Source: Octopus vulgaris (lineage: Eukaryota). Taken from it: DNA of 64,000 nucleotides. The translations under genes and the position numbers were made by a program. The stretch's first letter is position 1. Each line of letters starts with the position of its first letter. The notes under the pieces were generated by a model. The model ran no database searches. It was not told the DNA's origin and was given only the letters and a program-made list of their open reading frames with translations. The stretch spans positions 42,098,001 to 42,162,000 of the forward strand of contig OX597818.1 of assembly GCA_951406725.2 (NCBI GenBank), given 5' to 3'. This document shows positions 41,433 through 55,414 of the stretch, one piece after another.

Positions 41433-42138
41433 AGTTATATAGATTTCGTTATATATCTTTTTATGTATATTTTTTGCATTTTGTCATTCATTCACATTTG
41501 TTTACATCCGCTTTTAACTACAGTTTTTATTCAAATATATATTTCTTTGTCCCGGATTATTTTATCATCACTATATTATATAGTCTTTTCATTATTATAT
41601 CATCACTATTATACATTCTTTTCATTATTATATTATAATTTTCTTCATTCCTACATATTATTAATTTATTTGCATGTTTATAGGCATAAGTCACGTTTGA
41701 ATTTAGCTTTGTAAATTTTTAATTTTTAATCAATTAAATTATGGCTTGCACAGCAAGGTCCGGCGAATTCATTTGTACACACGCATATTTGTCTGTTAAT
41801 TACATTCATAACTGTTACAATATTAAAATATAGAAACTGCTATTGAAAGTTATCAAGAGTCCTGACAATTGGGGTTGCAGTTAAGACATGTTTCTGTAAA
41901 AAAACTGAGAGTCTAGGGAACGTTAAACGCACCTCATGAAACATGTGTAGAAGAGAATTTTAGGACTGATAAGTAAGTATTAAAATAAAATTTTATGATG
42001 TGGTGTGATGTATATTAGGATTTGATGAATTACATGGGGACTCCTATCTCTAAATAACATATATTTCCTTATCCAGAATAATTCATTTTATTTAAACCCC
42101 TGTGACGCCGGAATTTTTATTCCTAATGAATAAAATAA

Positions 42139-42574
<436 letters not shown>

Positions 42575-42584
42575 TAGGTTGGTA

Positions 42585-43780
42585 TTAGGTTGGCAACTAA
42601 GTTCCCACCGTTTTTTTGAAAGGTTTAATAAAAAAAATAACAACTAGTTAATCAATAATGTATTCACCTTTCTTGTTTACAACTTCTTCCCAACGTTCAA
42701 CAAGGTTTTCAATACCTTATTGGTAGAAATCACCCGATTTCGACTCGAAAATTTGATCCAACCAAGCTCTCAATTCTGCATCAGTATTGAATGAAACTCC
42801 ACGCATAGCATTTGAAAGAGATCGAAAGATGTGGAAGTCCATTGGTGTCAAAGCAGGAGAGTACGGCGGGTGTGGCAGCACTTCCCAGCCATGCATTTGA
42901 ATGGCTTCCTTGGTCATATTGGCATGCTGCAGAAGAACTCCAAGCTGCATATTAGGTCTTTTCTCTTGAATAGCAGTGCTGAGTCGTTCCACCTGTTGAA
43001 CATATAGAGTTCCGCGTTGACTGTTTGGTTCTGTTCAAGCAATTCATAATGGATAATCCCTTCCCAGCCCCACCATACTCACAACATCGTTTTACGCGGA
43101 TGAAGATCTTATTTCATGTGTGATGTCACTTATTTACCAGGGCTAAGCCATTCCTTACTCTGCTTCTTATTGATGTACAGACACCAGTAAAGATTCAGTA
43201 AAGAAATCGTTGCTTGTGTCTATGAGTTCAGTGGTGACAAGCAAGCAAACCAGTGGAGATTATGGCTCATTGATTTTTGTTGTTGTTACTTAAAGCATGC
43301 AGAACCCATGCTCCATACTTCTGAACCTTTCCCATCAAGTGAAGATGTTTCTCTATAGCAGTGTGGGAGCATTCTATTTTCTCTGCTAATTCCTTTGTCA
43401 TTTGACGAGAATTTTTGTGCAAAAGTTGGTTTAATCACTCTACATCAAACTCAACTGGACAGCCAGAGTGAGGTGTGTTTTGGGGTCAAAATTTCCATTT
43501 TTGAACTTGGCATACCAATCACAAGCGGTTCTTTCAGCTGTGGCACCCTCTCCATACACAGCACGAATGTCGCGAAAGGCTTTTCTGGGCTTGGAACCTT
43601 GATTAAAAGCAGTGTCAAAAATGCTCATTCTTCTTAACTTGACATTCCATTTTAATGATCTGAAAATAAGCAAAAATTAACTAAAATTAACTAAAAAAAG
43701 GAAAAAAGATTCCAAAATTTAAAAACACATTAAATTCCAAAATTAAAAAAAAAACAGTGGGAACTTAGTTGCCAACCCAA
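42585..43780 (-). mobile_element. Near full-length decayed mariner transposon
   Basis: TIRs tt(a/g)ggttggcaactaagttcccac.gttttttt with TA flanks. Fragments AVYGEGATAERTACDWYAKFKNGNFD and WEVLPHPPYSPALTPMDFHIFRSL. Confidence 0.93.
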
Positions 43781-45564
43781 TAGATAAATATATACACACA
43801 CACACGACAGGCTTCCATGGTTTCCATTTACCAAATTCAGTCATAAGTATTGGCTGACTCACAAGCTGTAGTCGATGATATTTGCCCAATGTGCTGTGGA
43901 GTGGGACTGAACTTGAAACCAAGTGGTTGTTAAACAAGCTTCTTAATCTCACAACTATGCCTGTGCCTATTAAAGCTTTGATTGTTGTGTAGACTCTGGG
44001 CTGAGTGAGCTGTGTTACTTTATTGCATGGTGATTGTGTTGTGTATCTGCTTAGGATATACTTTGGGTTATGTAATATGGTATGAGCCATGACATAACTT
44101 TATGTTTTACTTACATATTTTACACATTTCTTCAATAATATACTTATATCTTTACTACCCACAAGGGGCTAAACACAGAGAGGACAAACAAGGACAAACG
44201 GATTAAGTCGATTATATCAACCCCAGTGCATAACTGGTTCTTATTTAATCGACCCCGAAAGGATGAAAGGCAAAGTCGACCTCGGCGGAATTTGAACTCA
44301 GAACGTAGCGGCAGACGAAATACCTATTTCTTTATTACCCACAAGGGGCTAAACACAGAGCGGACAAACAAGGACAGACATAGGTATTAAGTCGATTACA
44401 TCGACCCCAGTGCGTAACTGGTACTTAATTTATCGACCCCGAAAGGATGAAAGGCAAAGTCGATCTCGGCAGAATTTGAACTCACAACGTAACGCAGACG
44501 AAATACCGCTAAGCATTTCGCCCGGCGTGCTAACGTTTCTGCCAGCTCGCCGCCTTTAATAATATACCATTAATTATTTGCTCCATTTTTATGCATCACC
44601 ACTCTGGGTAGAGGATTGCCAAAATCATTAGAAAACTAGACAAAATTTGTTGTGATATATATATAACAAATATTTAAAACCAATTTAATTTCAGAAGCAT
44701 TCTGCTTTTCACCAAAAGGATTTAATTCAGCTTTAGTGTAATCTGAACACACATATTCTCTTGTCAGATTGTATATAAATCAAGTTGATAACTAGAAATT
44801 ATCACCTAGTGGTGTAGATCTGACAATAACACTATACTGATATTATATACTTTTCATGTACTGTTTTAAACCTATGTTGAGTTTGTGATGCCGTGATATT
44901 CATGGTATTCTCAACAGTTCTAGATGTATGTGTGAATTGAAACAGAGTAAGCCAAAAGACTTGTTAAAAGCTTATCTCTTGTGTAACAACTTTTAAAAAT
45001 GCTACATATTGCAGTTGTTTGGGAAAAATTTCACATATTTGTATTTCAATTATAATCTTTGCCTTAAGACAGTAAGTAATCCTTGAAAATAATATCATAA
45101 ACCACTTCTCTTCCTCACCACATGCCAAATAAAGAGAAAATAAAACAAAAGAAAAAGCATTAGGTAACAATTAAAATTATATGAATTACTGGATTATGTG
45201 AACATATATATATATATATATATACACACATATTTTGGCATGAATTTGTGTGTTTAGCTTTGCCTGTATGAATGAATACTAATATCTATGTCTCTATATG
45301 CATATAATAATTATATATGTGTTAAAAATATTTAGTGAGGAAGAATGTAATGACATGAAATTAGATGAAAAAGTTGAGAGATTATCTGGCAAGCCTGATG
45401 CTACAGGTTCAAATCTTGGTGAGTAAATTTATTGGTCTCCAGGAATGAATTCAATTTTTTGGAGAAAGGAATTTGTCTCTTATTTGTTTAACACCACAGT
45501 AACTGATATAAACACCATCATAATGGCGTCAGAGCTCCTCAAAAAATGATAATAGTGATGATGA

Positions 45565-45606
<42 letters not shown>

Positions 45607-46120
45607 TGATGATGATGATGATAAAAATAAGGACTAAATGACTAAATGTAAAAGACACTGTTGGTACTGCGATACTGAATCTAAAGATTATGTTGTACAG
45701 GGTAAAGAAAGAATATTTTCGGCGGCCCCAGATCGACAAAACTTGGCAGCCAAAGATCAACACAACTCAGTCAGACAACAAATGTAGAACCAAGGGATAA
45801 GCCCCGTTTCCAGGAATTACCGGGTACGTCAGCGAGTATATATGAATATATATATAAAATAGAAACATTGTTGTTCCTAAATCTCTCAACGAGAGACATT
45901 CAGTAGCAGCACTTTAAAGTAATGATATTTTTGCCAGCCTAATGTGGCAGAACCATTTTGGGGCGGATGCTACTGTTGTTTAGCTGTAGGAAACATCGTC
46001 TCCAGTTGGCTATACGACACACGACCTGTGTCCTTATATTTTCGAAGAGGGGAGGTTAGCACCTCACCTAGTACAAAGTAGTATCTGTGGACTGTACAGT
46101 TTCAGGGTCATATATATATA

Positions 46121-46322
46121 CTCTTTAACTTGTTTCAGTCATTTAACTGCGGCCATGCTGGAGCACCGCCTTTAATCGAGCAACTCAACCCCGGGACTTA
46201 TTCTTTGTAAGCCCAGTACTTATTCTATCGGTCTCTTTTTGCTGAACCGCCAAGTGACGGGAACATAAACACACCAGCATCGGTTGTCAAGCAATGCTAG
46301 GGGGACAAACATAGACACACAA

Positions 46323-46363
<41 letters not shown>

Positions 46364-46525
46364 CACGACAGGCTTCTTTCAGTTTCCGTCTACCAAATCC
46401 ACTCACAAGGCTTTGGTCGGCCCGAAGCTATAGTAGAAGACACTTGCCCAAGGTGCCACGCAGTGGGACTGAACTCGGAACAATGTGGTTGGTAAAGAAG
46501 CTACTTACCACACAGCCACTCCTAT
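46121..46525 (-). mobile_element. tRNA-type SINE family C, full length
   Basis: Head, central (TA)/(CA) tract and tail all present. Partial copies at 11620-11850, 12010-12160, 16500-16720, 20800-21045, 34135-34810, 34900-35090, 35540-35800 and 43800-43970. Confidence 0.85.
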
Positions 46526-46829
46526 AAGAAGAAAAGAAAATGGAGAATGGATAGTTAATAATTATTTATCATTAACAGCAAACTGGTCATCTTCACTTAC
46601 AGCCGTTTCAGCGGATACTCAATAAACGTTAAACTTATATTTATGTGACATGAGCATAATATCCTCAGAAGAAAAAAAAAGATGTACCTTCGGATGTTAT
46701 GTGTGTGTCTATGAATTCATTTTAGCAGACTAAAATAAACTCATGAGTTTGCTCAAATGAATTTATAAGCAAACATATAACATCCAAAGGTACATCTTTT
46801 TTTTTCCTTTGATGATGATATTATACAAC

Positions 46830-48712
46830 TATAAACAACAAAAAACAATCAAAAACCTCACCACCCTCATACTTCAACACAGTCAGGGACTCACAGAAAA
46901 AGAAAGGGATTATATCACCAATTTCAAATGCAAGCCTAGCCTTTTCTATGGCCTTCCTAAAGTCCATAAAAACAAATACATCACCGAAACCTGCAAACTC
47001 TCCTCTGACATCCACATCAACATCAAAGCACCGGAGGACCTAAAACTAAGGCCCATCATAGCTGGCACCTCCTGTGAAACATACCGCTTGAGTAATTTCC
47101 TAGACATCCTTTTGAAACCTTTCCTTATTCACATCAAAAGTTTCATTAGGGATGATCTGGACATGCTCAAACACCTCCCGAAAACAGCTAACGAGGAGGC
47201 ACTCCTGGTGTCCTTTGACGTCATCAACCTATACACCAACATCCCACATGAATATGGTATTGAGGCAATTGATTTCTGGCTAGAGAAACACCCAGAGGCA
47301 TTCCCTGACCGCATTCACAAGACCTTCATTACGGAATCACTCAAGTACATTCTGACAAACAATTATTTCCTTTTCGATAACAGACACTACCGTAAAAAAT
47401 GTGGTATTGCGATGGGTACCAAGGCTGCACCAGTCCTTGCAAACCTCATAATGGGCTTTTTCGAACTATCACTCTATGAGATATCACGCCAGAAATTTGG
47501 ACACATTTTCCACATCTACCTAATGGAAAACTGGAAAAGGTATTTGGATGATTGTTTCATCATATGGAAAGAATCTTATGAAAAGCTTCTGGAATTCAAA
47601 ACCATACTGAACAACATACATCCCAACATCCAATTCACTATGGAATTCAGCAAACATCATCTCCCTTTCCTTGATCTCCTAATTATAAAAACACCTAACA
47701 ACCAAATCATAACAGACATCTACCACAAACCTACAGACACACAACAATACCTCCTCTTTAGCTCATGCCAGCCAAAACACACCAAGATAAATATCCCTTT
47801 CAACTTAGCTAAAAGGGTATGCACCATTGTTTCGGATCCCAAAACTCGAGAAATACGCCTTCAAGACCTAAAAAAAACACACACACACAATTACAACGCC
47901 AATATCCCTCCACCCTTATAGAGTATGGAATAAAACGTGCCAAAGAACTAGATAACAATACACTGAAAACCACCCAACCCAACAACACACACAACCCCAA
48001 AATACTTCCATACATTTCCACCCACAACCCCCATAATATCGAAGCATATACCACAATCATACAAAACCTCACTCTACTGTCCACAGACCCAAAAATGAAT
48101 AACATTATCAATACACATAAAATCCTCAAATGTAAAAGGCAACATAAATCTTTGAAAAAACTCTAAACAAATACCAAACTTCACACACCACATCTAACCC
48201 CATCAGTTAAAAAATGTGCACGCCCAAACTGTGGCACCCGCCCCTTCCTATTTGAAGACTCTGAATTTATTTTCAAACAAGGAACAAAGTTTAAAATCAA
48301 GACCAACTTCTGTTCCTCCAAGAACCTTATCTACGTTCTCACATGCGCCGGTGGCCAACATAATTATGTTGGACAAACGAGCCTCCCTTTACGTAAAAGA
48401 GTAGCGGTCCATAAAGAACAAATAAATCTCCCAGAATACCGTCAAATTCCACTAAGTAGCCACATAAACCCGTGCGCTAAAGATAAAAATCCCAAATTTT
48501 ACATATTCCCCTTCTACCAATGTAAAGACGGTATCACTACACAAGAAAGAATTAACAAGGAGAATCTTTTTATTGAAAAATTCAAAACGCATCTTAATAT
48601 GCAAACTCCACGTTGATCATACTTCTTTTTTCTACCTCATTCTTCAAGGATGGACTAATACAAATATATAAGGATATCATGCAGTTATCACTTCAAGCTA
48701 AAAATTATATTC

Positions 48713-48776
<64 letters not shown>

Positions 48777-49450
48777 ATTATTTTTATTATATATGACATA
48801 ACAATCTGAAACGAAATTATAAATTGGTTTATGTAAATTTATATAATTAGAAAACAATATAAAGTGTTAAAATCTGAATGTTAAGTTAGCAAACAATTAT
48901 ATAAAAAAAAGATAATGCAAATGAAGCTAAAATGATAATTTTATACTTTAAGGTTTATTAACATCCTATCTTACAAAAAATTGATAATCCCAATTGAAGA
49001 GCACAAAATCCACAGAGTTGTCTCCCCTTACTCACAGGAACTGGATAACTCCTACCCCATTTCCTGTTTTGACATTCATTTAACAAACATCCTAAATTAA
49101 ACACAACATGGATTTAATCACATGGATCTTAATCCTCCAAGGTAATTTTTCCAAGAACTATCTTTGAACTCGAGATACACAAAGACTTTACAATGTATCG
49201 GTGTACCTATTTTTTAATTTTTGTATATGTTTATTATTTTTTTGCAAAAAACAATGTAATTTTCTTTTTTCCCCCTCCTCAATTATAAAAAAAATATCTT
49301 TTCACCTTACAATCCTTGAAAAGTGGCACTGCGACGAAAACCGGTTAGAGTTAATATTAAAAAAAAAATTTTTTTTTAATTTTCCATACACCCATTTTCA
49401 TTAAAATTTACCCTCAATTTAGCATTCTGCCTTTTTATAAATTTTCCTTG
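46830..49450 (+). mobile_element. Penelope-like element (RT ORF 46809-47921, then frameshifted GIY-YIG to about 48615, AT-rich 3' pLTR)
   Basis: FYGLPKVHK, LRPII, SFDVINLYTNIP, GIAMGT, WKRYLDDCF, LPFLD, IYHKPT; later NLIYVLTC...YVGQT. Related to the 4521-6362 element. Confidence 0.95.
49314..49350 (+). ncRNA. Degenerate hammerhead motif in the pLTR of the 46830 Penelope
   Basis: UUGAAAA-guggc-acu-gcgac-GAAA-ACCGG-UUA. One mismatch in stem II and a weak stem I. Confidence 0.55.
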
Positions 49451-49519
49451 CCTATATATATATATATATATATATATATAACAAAGTGAAGTTGTAAGGT
49501 ACCGTACGAGTGGAAATAT

Positions 49520-49813
49520 ATATGAAAGAAGGTTTGAAAATGTAATTTTAAAGATGTTTATTCACTTGACCGGTTTCACTTTTTAGTAAAAGATTGTCAA
49601 AAGTAAAATGTAAACCTTTGTATAAGCTTTGTTGAGTTAAGTACTGGTTGTCACAAATGGTTGTCACAAAATGGTTGCCACAAAATTTTGTGACAACCAG
49701 TACTTAGCACAACAAAGCTTTACATTTTACTTTTGACAATCTTTTACTAAAAAGTGAAACCGGTCAAGTGAATAAACATCTTTAAAATTGCATTTTCAAA
49801 CCTTCTTTCATAT
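49520..49813. mobile_element. Palindromic element with two opposite-strand hammerheads
   Basis: Arms 49520-49657 and 49686-49813 are near-perfect reverse complements around three tandem tggttgycacaaa units. Confidence 0.85.
49729..49769 (+). ncRNA. Hammerhead ribozyme (U3-A8, GUC site); identical copy on the minus strand at 49564-49604
   Basis: acuu-UUGACAA-u-cuuuu-acua-aaaag-u-GAAA-CCG-GUC-aagu. Stem I acuu/aagu, stem II 5 bp. Confidence 0.78.
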
Positions 49814-52067
49814 CTGTGAGTGTGTGTGTGTGTGTGTATACTATAAAAGAGAAAATATATTCTCATATCAGTCATTTTATCAGGGGCTTTTTCATACAGG
49901 AATTGAGATAATCCCGATAATCATTAGAAAGGGCCGAACAGAATAGTGTGGAATGCGTTCTTTGTCACTGGAGTACTGAAAGCCGGATGTGACACTTTCA
50001 TCTCTTTAGGGACATAGAACCCTCGCCATACTACTCTGTTCAGCTTTCTCCGACGATTGCCGAGGTTATCTCCTGATATGAAACTAATTGTTAAAGAGGC
50101 TGATATGGGGATGTAACATATTTTATTAATAACCGATGTATGAGTGCCTGTCACGCGAAGTTTTAGACAACTCTGTGTGTGTGTGGGGGGGGGGGGTAAC
50201 CACAGCCGTCAACTGCATAAAATATGCTTTCTGTCCAAAGGGTTTTTTAACCCAAAATTTACACGCTATTATTTGTGGCTTCATTTAACACATGATAAGC
50301 AAACAAAGAACAGTGACGGTATCAACAGATTAAAGAAGAAAAAAAAAAGAAAAGAAGAAAGAAAGAGTGCATAAAATTAGACAATCCTTCCTTGTCAGCG
50401 CAGGTTGTTACGGATAAGGCGTATTACCTTGAACATCGCAGAAAAATAAGTGACATACCGCTTTGTTGATTTCTTAGTTTACTTTTTAAAGCCTCTGGTG
50501 TCAGCTCTGATCAAGCAGACATATGACCAAAATGTACCACCTGTGGCAACGATGTCTTATGTTATTGCTTTTGTTGTTAGTGTTTTTTCTTCAGTCAAAT
50601 TCTATATAGGACTACATAATCCAATGTCTCGCCTCACATCAATTCTATGTTTGAAGACTTTTCAGTTATGACCACCACCACTATTTTTCTATTCTTTTTT
50701 CAGATATAAAATATTGAGATCTATATTATCAAAATGCGCTCTTATATTTTTTAATAGTCGGGTGTAATTTGAGAAGGATTTGGCTGCTATTTCTTGTAGG
50801 TCGAGCGACTGCATGAATGCTCATTCGTTGATTCGCTTGATTTGTTTAGTCGTGCTTATTGTTGTTGTTGTTGTTAAGCAACAAGACGGGTAAGGGTGAT
50901 TAGGTGATGGTCTAGGGCTTAGGGGTAGGAGACCCCAGACCTTGGAAAAAAAAAATTTGGTCGTCTTGTTGTAGTCGAGGGCTCTTCGTTGACGCCCGAC
51001 ACCACTGGGAGGTGGCCCTCGAAGTCACTGGAAATGGAGATCTCCAGGTCCAAATTCTTGAACGGCTAGTCGTGCTTTTGATGCAGGAGGAATAGATGTA
51101 CAGGTAGATAGTCGAGTGTATATGTATGTATGTTGTTGTTGTGGGTAAAGTGGATTGCTAGAAATACAACACAGGAGAAATATCCCTTAACATCTCTTAG
51201 TTGTTATTAATTCATTAGGGCCAGTATTAATATGGATACGTCAATTGGATGGGGAGCAGAGACTCATTCGTCTTTTCTCCAGTCTATTTACTATAGCCTA
51301 ACCCTGCCAACACTTCATGGAAATAACCTGAATTGCTCAGACAGAAATCGAAACCGGATCGTGACATTAAATAATATCGAATGTAAGAGAATTTCCAGAG
51401 TTATTAGAGCGTCGGAGTGATTATGTTGCGGTATTCGTTCTGGCTGTCGGTGTTCTGGGTTCAAATATCGTCGCTATCAGCTTTATCCTTTCGGGATCGA
51501 TCAATAAAACTCCTGTACTGGTGTACATTTTTCTCACACTCTTTCCCCCCTTTTTCTCAAGGAGAAATTGGTTGGGCTTAGACATAGAAAGGATGGATTC
51601 CGGCAGCTCTAAAATGTCCAAGACACGTCTTGTATCATGACGGTGTCCTTAAGACTTCATCAAGAGTTGAGAGCCAAAATCAAAACATGGCAACTGAATT
51701 TTCAGAATGAAGGTCACTTCTTACTCACGTTTTCCATATAGGTACCAACTAATATTTAAGGTAAATTTCGATCTCCCCGATCTGAAAAAGCCTGAAAAAA
51801 AAAAAAGCAGTAAAAAGCAAAAATGATGATGATCTTCGCTTGATGTATTTATTCTCACGGTACATTAAAATTCATAATTTTTACTTCATTTTATTAAAAT
51901 CTTGTAGTATCATTTACGCGCAGCTAACGGCACTGAGGTGTTCTTCGACAGCCCGATGTCAAACCTTTTGAGCTTCCTTATCTTTTCTACCGTTCACTTC
52001 ACCTGGAAATGCACTTTCCAGGATGGCTTTAGAAATTTCCTATTATCATAGCATTTGTTCAAACAGT

Positions 52068-52385
52068 ACCTTACTTAATCCCTACGTTCCCAATGGAGCA
52101 TTAGCCATCGACGACTTTCCTCCACTGTCCCCGACTGTGGAATGCAAAGCTTTCCTCTTCTAGGTTTTACTAGTTCTGAATTGTCATCAATGCTATAACT
52201 TTGCATTTTTCTAGGTGTTGGCCTTACATAACCCATTTTTACTTCTGGGAACTGGTGATTCATATTAGACTGGCCTCTCTACTTTGATCTGACCGACATG
52301 GGAAGCTCTACTAGGAGCTTGAAATTCGCTAGCATAGCTCTCAGGGTCATTTGGGTATACAAGCTACCAAACAGCAACAAGGAGA
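52068..52385 (-). mobile_element. Bipartite non-autonomous RTE element (5'UTR fused to the 3' end)
   Basis: 5' ccttgtt...aatgaccctgagagctatgct...cccatgtcggtcagatcaaag..gaggccagtctaa and 3' atgctccattggga...taagtaag resemble RTE-clade ends (recalled, not searched). Confidence 0.6.
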
Positions 52386-52659
52386 GGACCTTGTGGTGAC
52401 CAAACTGTATCAGCTTTCATAACTTTTTATGATAAATATTTGGTTGGTTTTCAGATCATATGTTGCTGGTTGTGTGCAACCATACGAATGACGAATTGAG
52501 CACTGAAGACTTTTCAATAGAAACTTGACATTTCATCACATTGGATTTTATAATTTTCCTTTTAAATCCTACATGTCGAAGATAATGATAACTAACAATT
52601 AACTATATCAATGTTCCTCTAATTTACAGCCCTCAGGTGATATACGACATTTGAAGCAG

Positions 52660-53010
52660 ATAGATGCAGTCCTCAAGTAAAATATTCAATTCTATTCTTC
52701 CAATCGAAGTTGGATGTAGAGGGTTTGTTGGACACAGTGTGAGAAGACTGTTGTTATCGTTAGGCCTAACTCATCGTAAAGTCAATACCACCATGACCGA
52801 TATCCAAACCACAGTGAAGAAGGCTAGCCACTGGATCTGGTTAAAAAGAGACAATGAGCAATGACTAGAGAAATAGTGAGCTTTATTTAATAACCAGTTG
52901 ATCTAGCAAGCGGGGCCTCATATCAGTGAGAGGGGCCGGCGCGCATTGATGCCTTCGAGAGGTAGGCCCCGAAACGGCGCGCATTCTCTCCTGATGACCC
53001 CATACACTTG
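52660..53010 (+). mobile_element. HERO-like RLE retrotransposon 3' fragment with a structured 3'UTR
   Basis: PIEVGCRGF...ASHWIWLKR C-terminal motif, followed by a GC-rich self-complementary UTR. Confidence 0.75.
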
Positions 53011-53584
53011 CTGACTTCCAGTATGCGGAGTTCTTGACTGGTAGCACTTGCATGTGCAAGTTGTTTGCAAGACATCATAATAATTCAAAATTGAACGTCG
53101 ATTATTCAATGTCAGCTATAGCATAATACTTGAAATATTTAGTGAGATTAAATTATCTTTTTCGTTAAGAATCACCCAACCTTAACGAATGCTTGATAGT
53201 GTGACGATATTTTAAGATAATTTCAAAAGAGTATTTATATAATAATCAGCTGGACTGTTTTAACATAATTAGGTTCAAACATGTGGGTTCAAATATCGCT
53301 GCTATCAGCTTCATCCTTTCGGGGTCGATCAATAAAGCTCCTGTATTGGTGTACATTTTTTTCTCTCACTCTCTTTCCCCCCTCTTTCTCAAGGAGAAAC
53401 TGGTTGGGCTCAGATATAGAGAGGATGAGCTCCGGCAGCTATAAAATGTCCAAGACACGTCGTGTATCATGACGGTACCTTTACGACTTCATCAAGAGTT
53501 GAGAACCAAAATCGAAATATGGCAACTGCATTTTCAGAATGAAGGTCGCTTCTTACTCACGTTTTCCATACAGGCACCAACAAT

Positions 53585-54233
53585 GGAAGCCTTCCGACAA
53601 ATTCTTGCTTATTAGAAAGCGAAACGACCCACGTTACACGACGAAAGCAGTGAAGTTTGGGAGTAAGAGTCTGGTGTTTTGGGTATACATAGAAAGTGAT
53701 GTTTCAAGAAAGTTGGTTAAAACTGACGGTAATTTGAATAGTGCCAAATATAGCCAGTTGCTGGGGGACAATTTGATACCAGACTTGGAGGAAGGTGAGA
53801 TTTTCCAGCACGACGGAGCTCCATGCAACGGATCGCGTGCAACACAACAGAGCCTGGCTGATGAAAGTGTTATCGTATTGAAAGATTGGCCAGCTCAGAG
53901 CTCTGACTTAAATGTCATCGAGAAAATGTAGACAGAACTAGAGAAGAATTCGTCAGAAGAATCCACACAATCTTGAAGAGTTGCGAGAGCTCAGTCACAG
54001 AGAATGGCAACTCATACTTGTGAATATGGTGAAGGATTTGTACGTATCTCTTCCCAAGCACATTGAAACAATTATTCAAGCTAAGGGAAGCTACACGAAA
54101 TATTAACAATGCACAGTAACTTCTTGAAAATAATATTATGTAATAAATTTTCATTATAGACATTTTTGTTTTAAAACAATGCATCTTAACTGGATTATGT
54201 GTGGGGCCGAAAACTTTTGCACGGCCATTTTTG
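53585..54233 (+). mobile_element. Tc1-like (DD34E) transposon, 3' half
   Basis: VKFGSKSLVFW, FQHDGAPC, DWPAQSSDLNVIE. TIR-like end ccgaaaacttttgcacggcc. Confidence 0.88.
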
Positions 54234-54255
54234 TATGTATGTATATGTATGTATG

Positions 54256-54289
<34 letters not shown>

Positions 54290-54324
54290 TGTATGTATGT
54301 ATGTATGTATGTATGTATGTATGT

Positions 54325-54565
54325 ATGTATCTCACAGAAGAATGTACACCCCAAAAATTTTCAGTAAAATTGCTATTACTTTGATGACATCGAAAGAAAT
54401 CAAACAAAAGTTATACTGAATAAATATATTGAACATGCAAACATTATACAAATTTGAAACACAAAACATTCAGTATAAATTTCGTCTGATTTCCTTTGAT
54501 ATTATCAGAGTAATGGAAAATTTACTGAAATTTTCTTAGGGGTGTACATACTTCTGTGAGATACA

Positions 54566-54566
<1 letters not shown>
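54325..54566. mobile_element. Tc1-type MITE with inverted arms of about 95 bp
   Basis: gtatctcacagaag.atgtacacccc... versus ...ggggtgtacatacttctgtgagatac. Confidence 0.8.
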
Positions 54567-54654
<88 letters not shown>

Positions 54655-55080
54655 TTCATGGTAGTGCACAGGAAAATATAATATTGGATCCAAATTTTGG
54701 CACAAATCCAGCAATTTCGGGTGAGAGGGTAAATCGATTACGTCGCCCCTAGTGCGCGAGTGGTACTTATTTTTTCGGGTCCGAAAGGATAAAAGGCAAA
54801 GTCGACCTCTACGGAATTTGAACTTTAAACGTAAAGACGGACTTTGCCCGGCGTGCTAATGATTCCGCCGCCCTACAGGAAAATATAATAATAAGGTTAG
54901 AATCTTTAGTCAGAAGTATTGGAGGTCTTTTATTTATTTAAGTACAGATATAAAATGTCTGCATTTTCGTAAGAAAATCAGGTAGAATACTGCTGAAGTC
55001 CTTTTTCTTTTTAATTTCTTCATATCCATATTCAAATAAATAAAGATATCTACATCACTTCTAATTTTTCTATTATCACA

Positions 55081-55154
<74 letters not shown>

Positions 55155-55414
55155 ACATACATACACACATACATACATACATACATACATACATACATAC
55201 ATACATACATACATACATACATACATACATACATACATACATACATACATACATACATACATACGTTATGTTTGTTATTATGTCGAGTTAAAATAAAAAC
55301 ATTATACTGAAGAATTTCCCCATTGTATTTTGTAGAGAACAAAAAATAATAAAAGGTGGGGAGGGGCTAACATCGTCTTATATAAATTATATACGTTTTA
55401 TAAGAATAGTATCG

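Larger units (their letters stand above)
51440..53580 (+). repeat. Direct repeat pair of about 310 bp (51440-51750 and 53280-53580)
   Basis: Both copies run from a SINE-A fragment through aaggagaaa.tggttgggct.aga...cttactcacgttttccata.agg.accaa. Confidence 0.85.

Noticed and set aside
52945-52997. Hammerhead in the HERO 3'UTR (contains GAAAC and CTGATGA)
   Set aside because: The motifs are in an order and pairing context that does not give stems I-III around a catalytic core.
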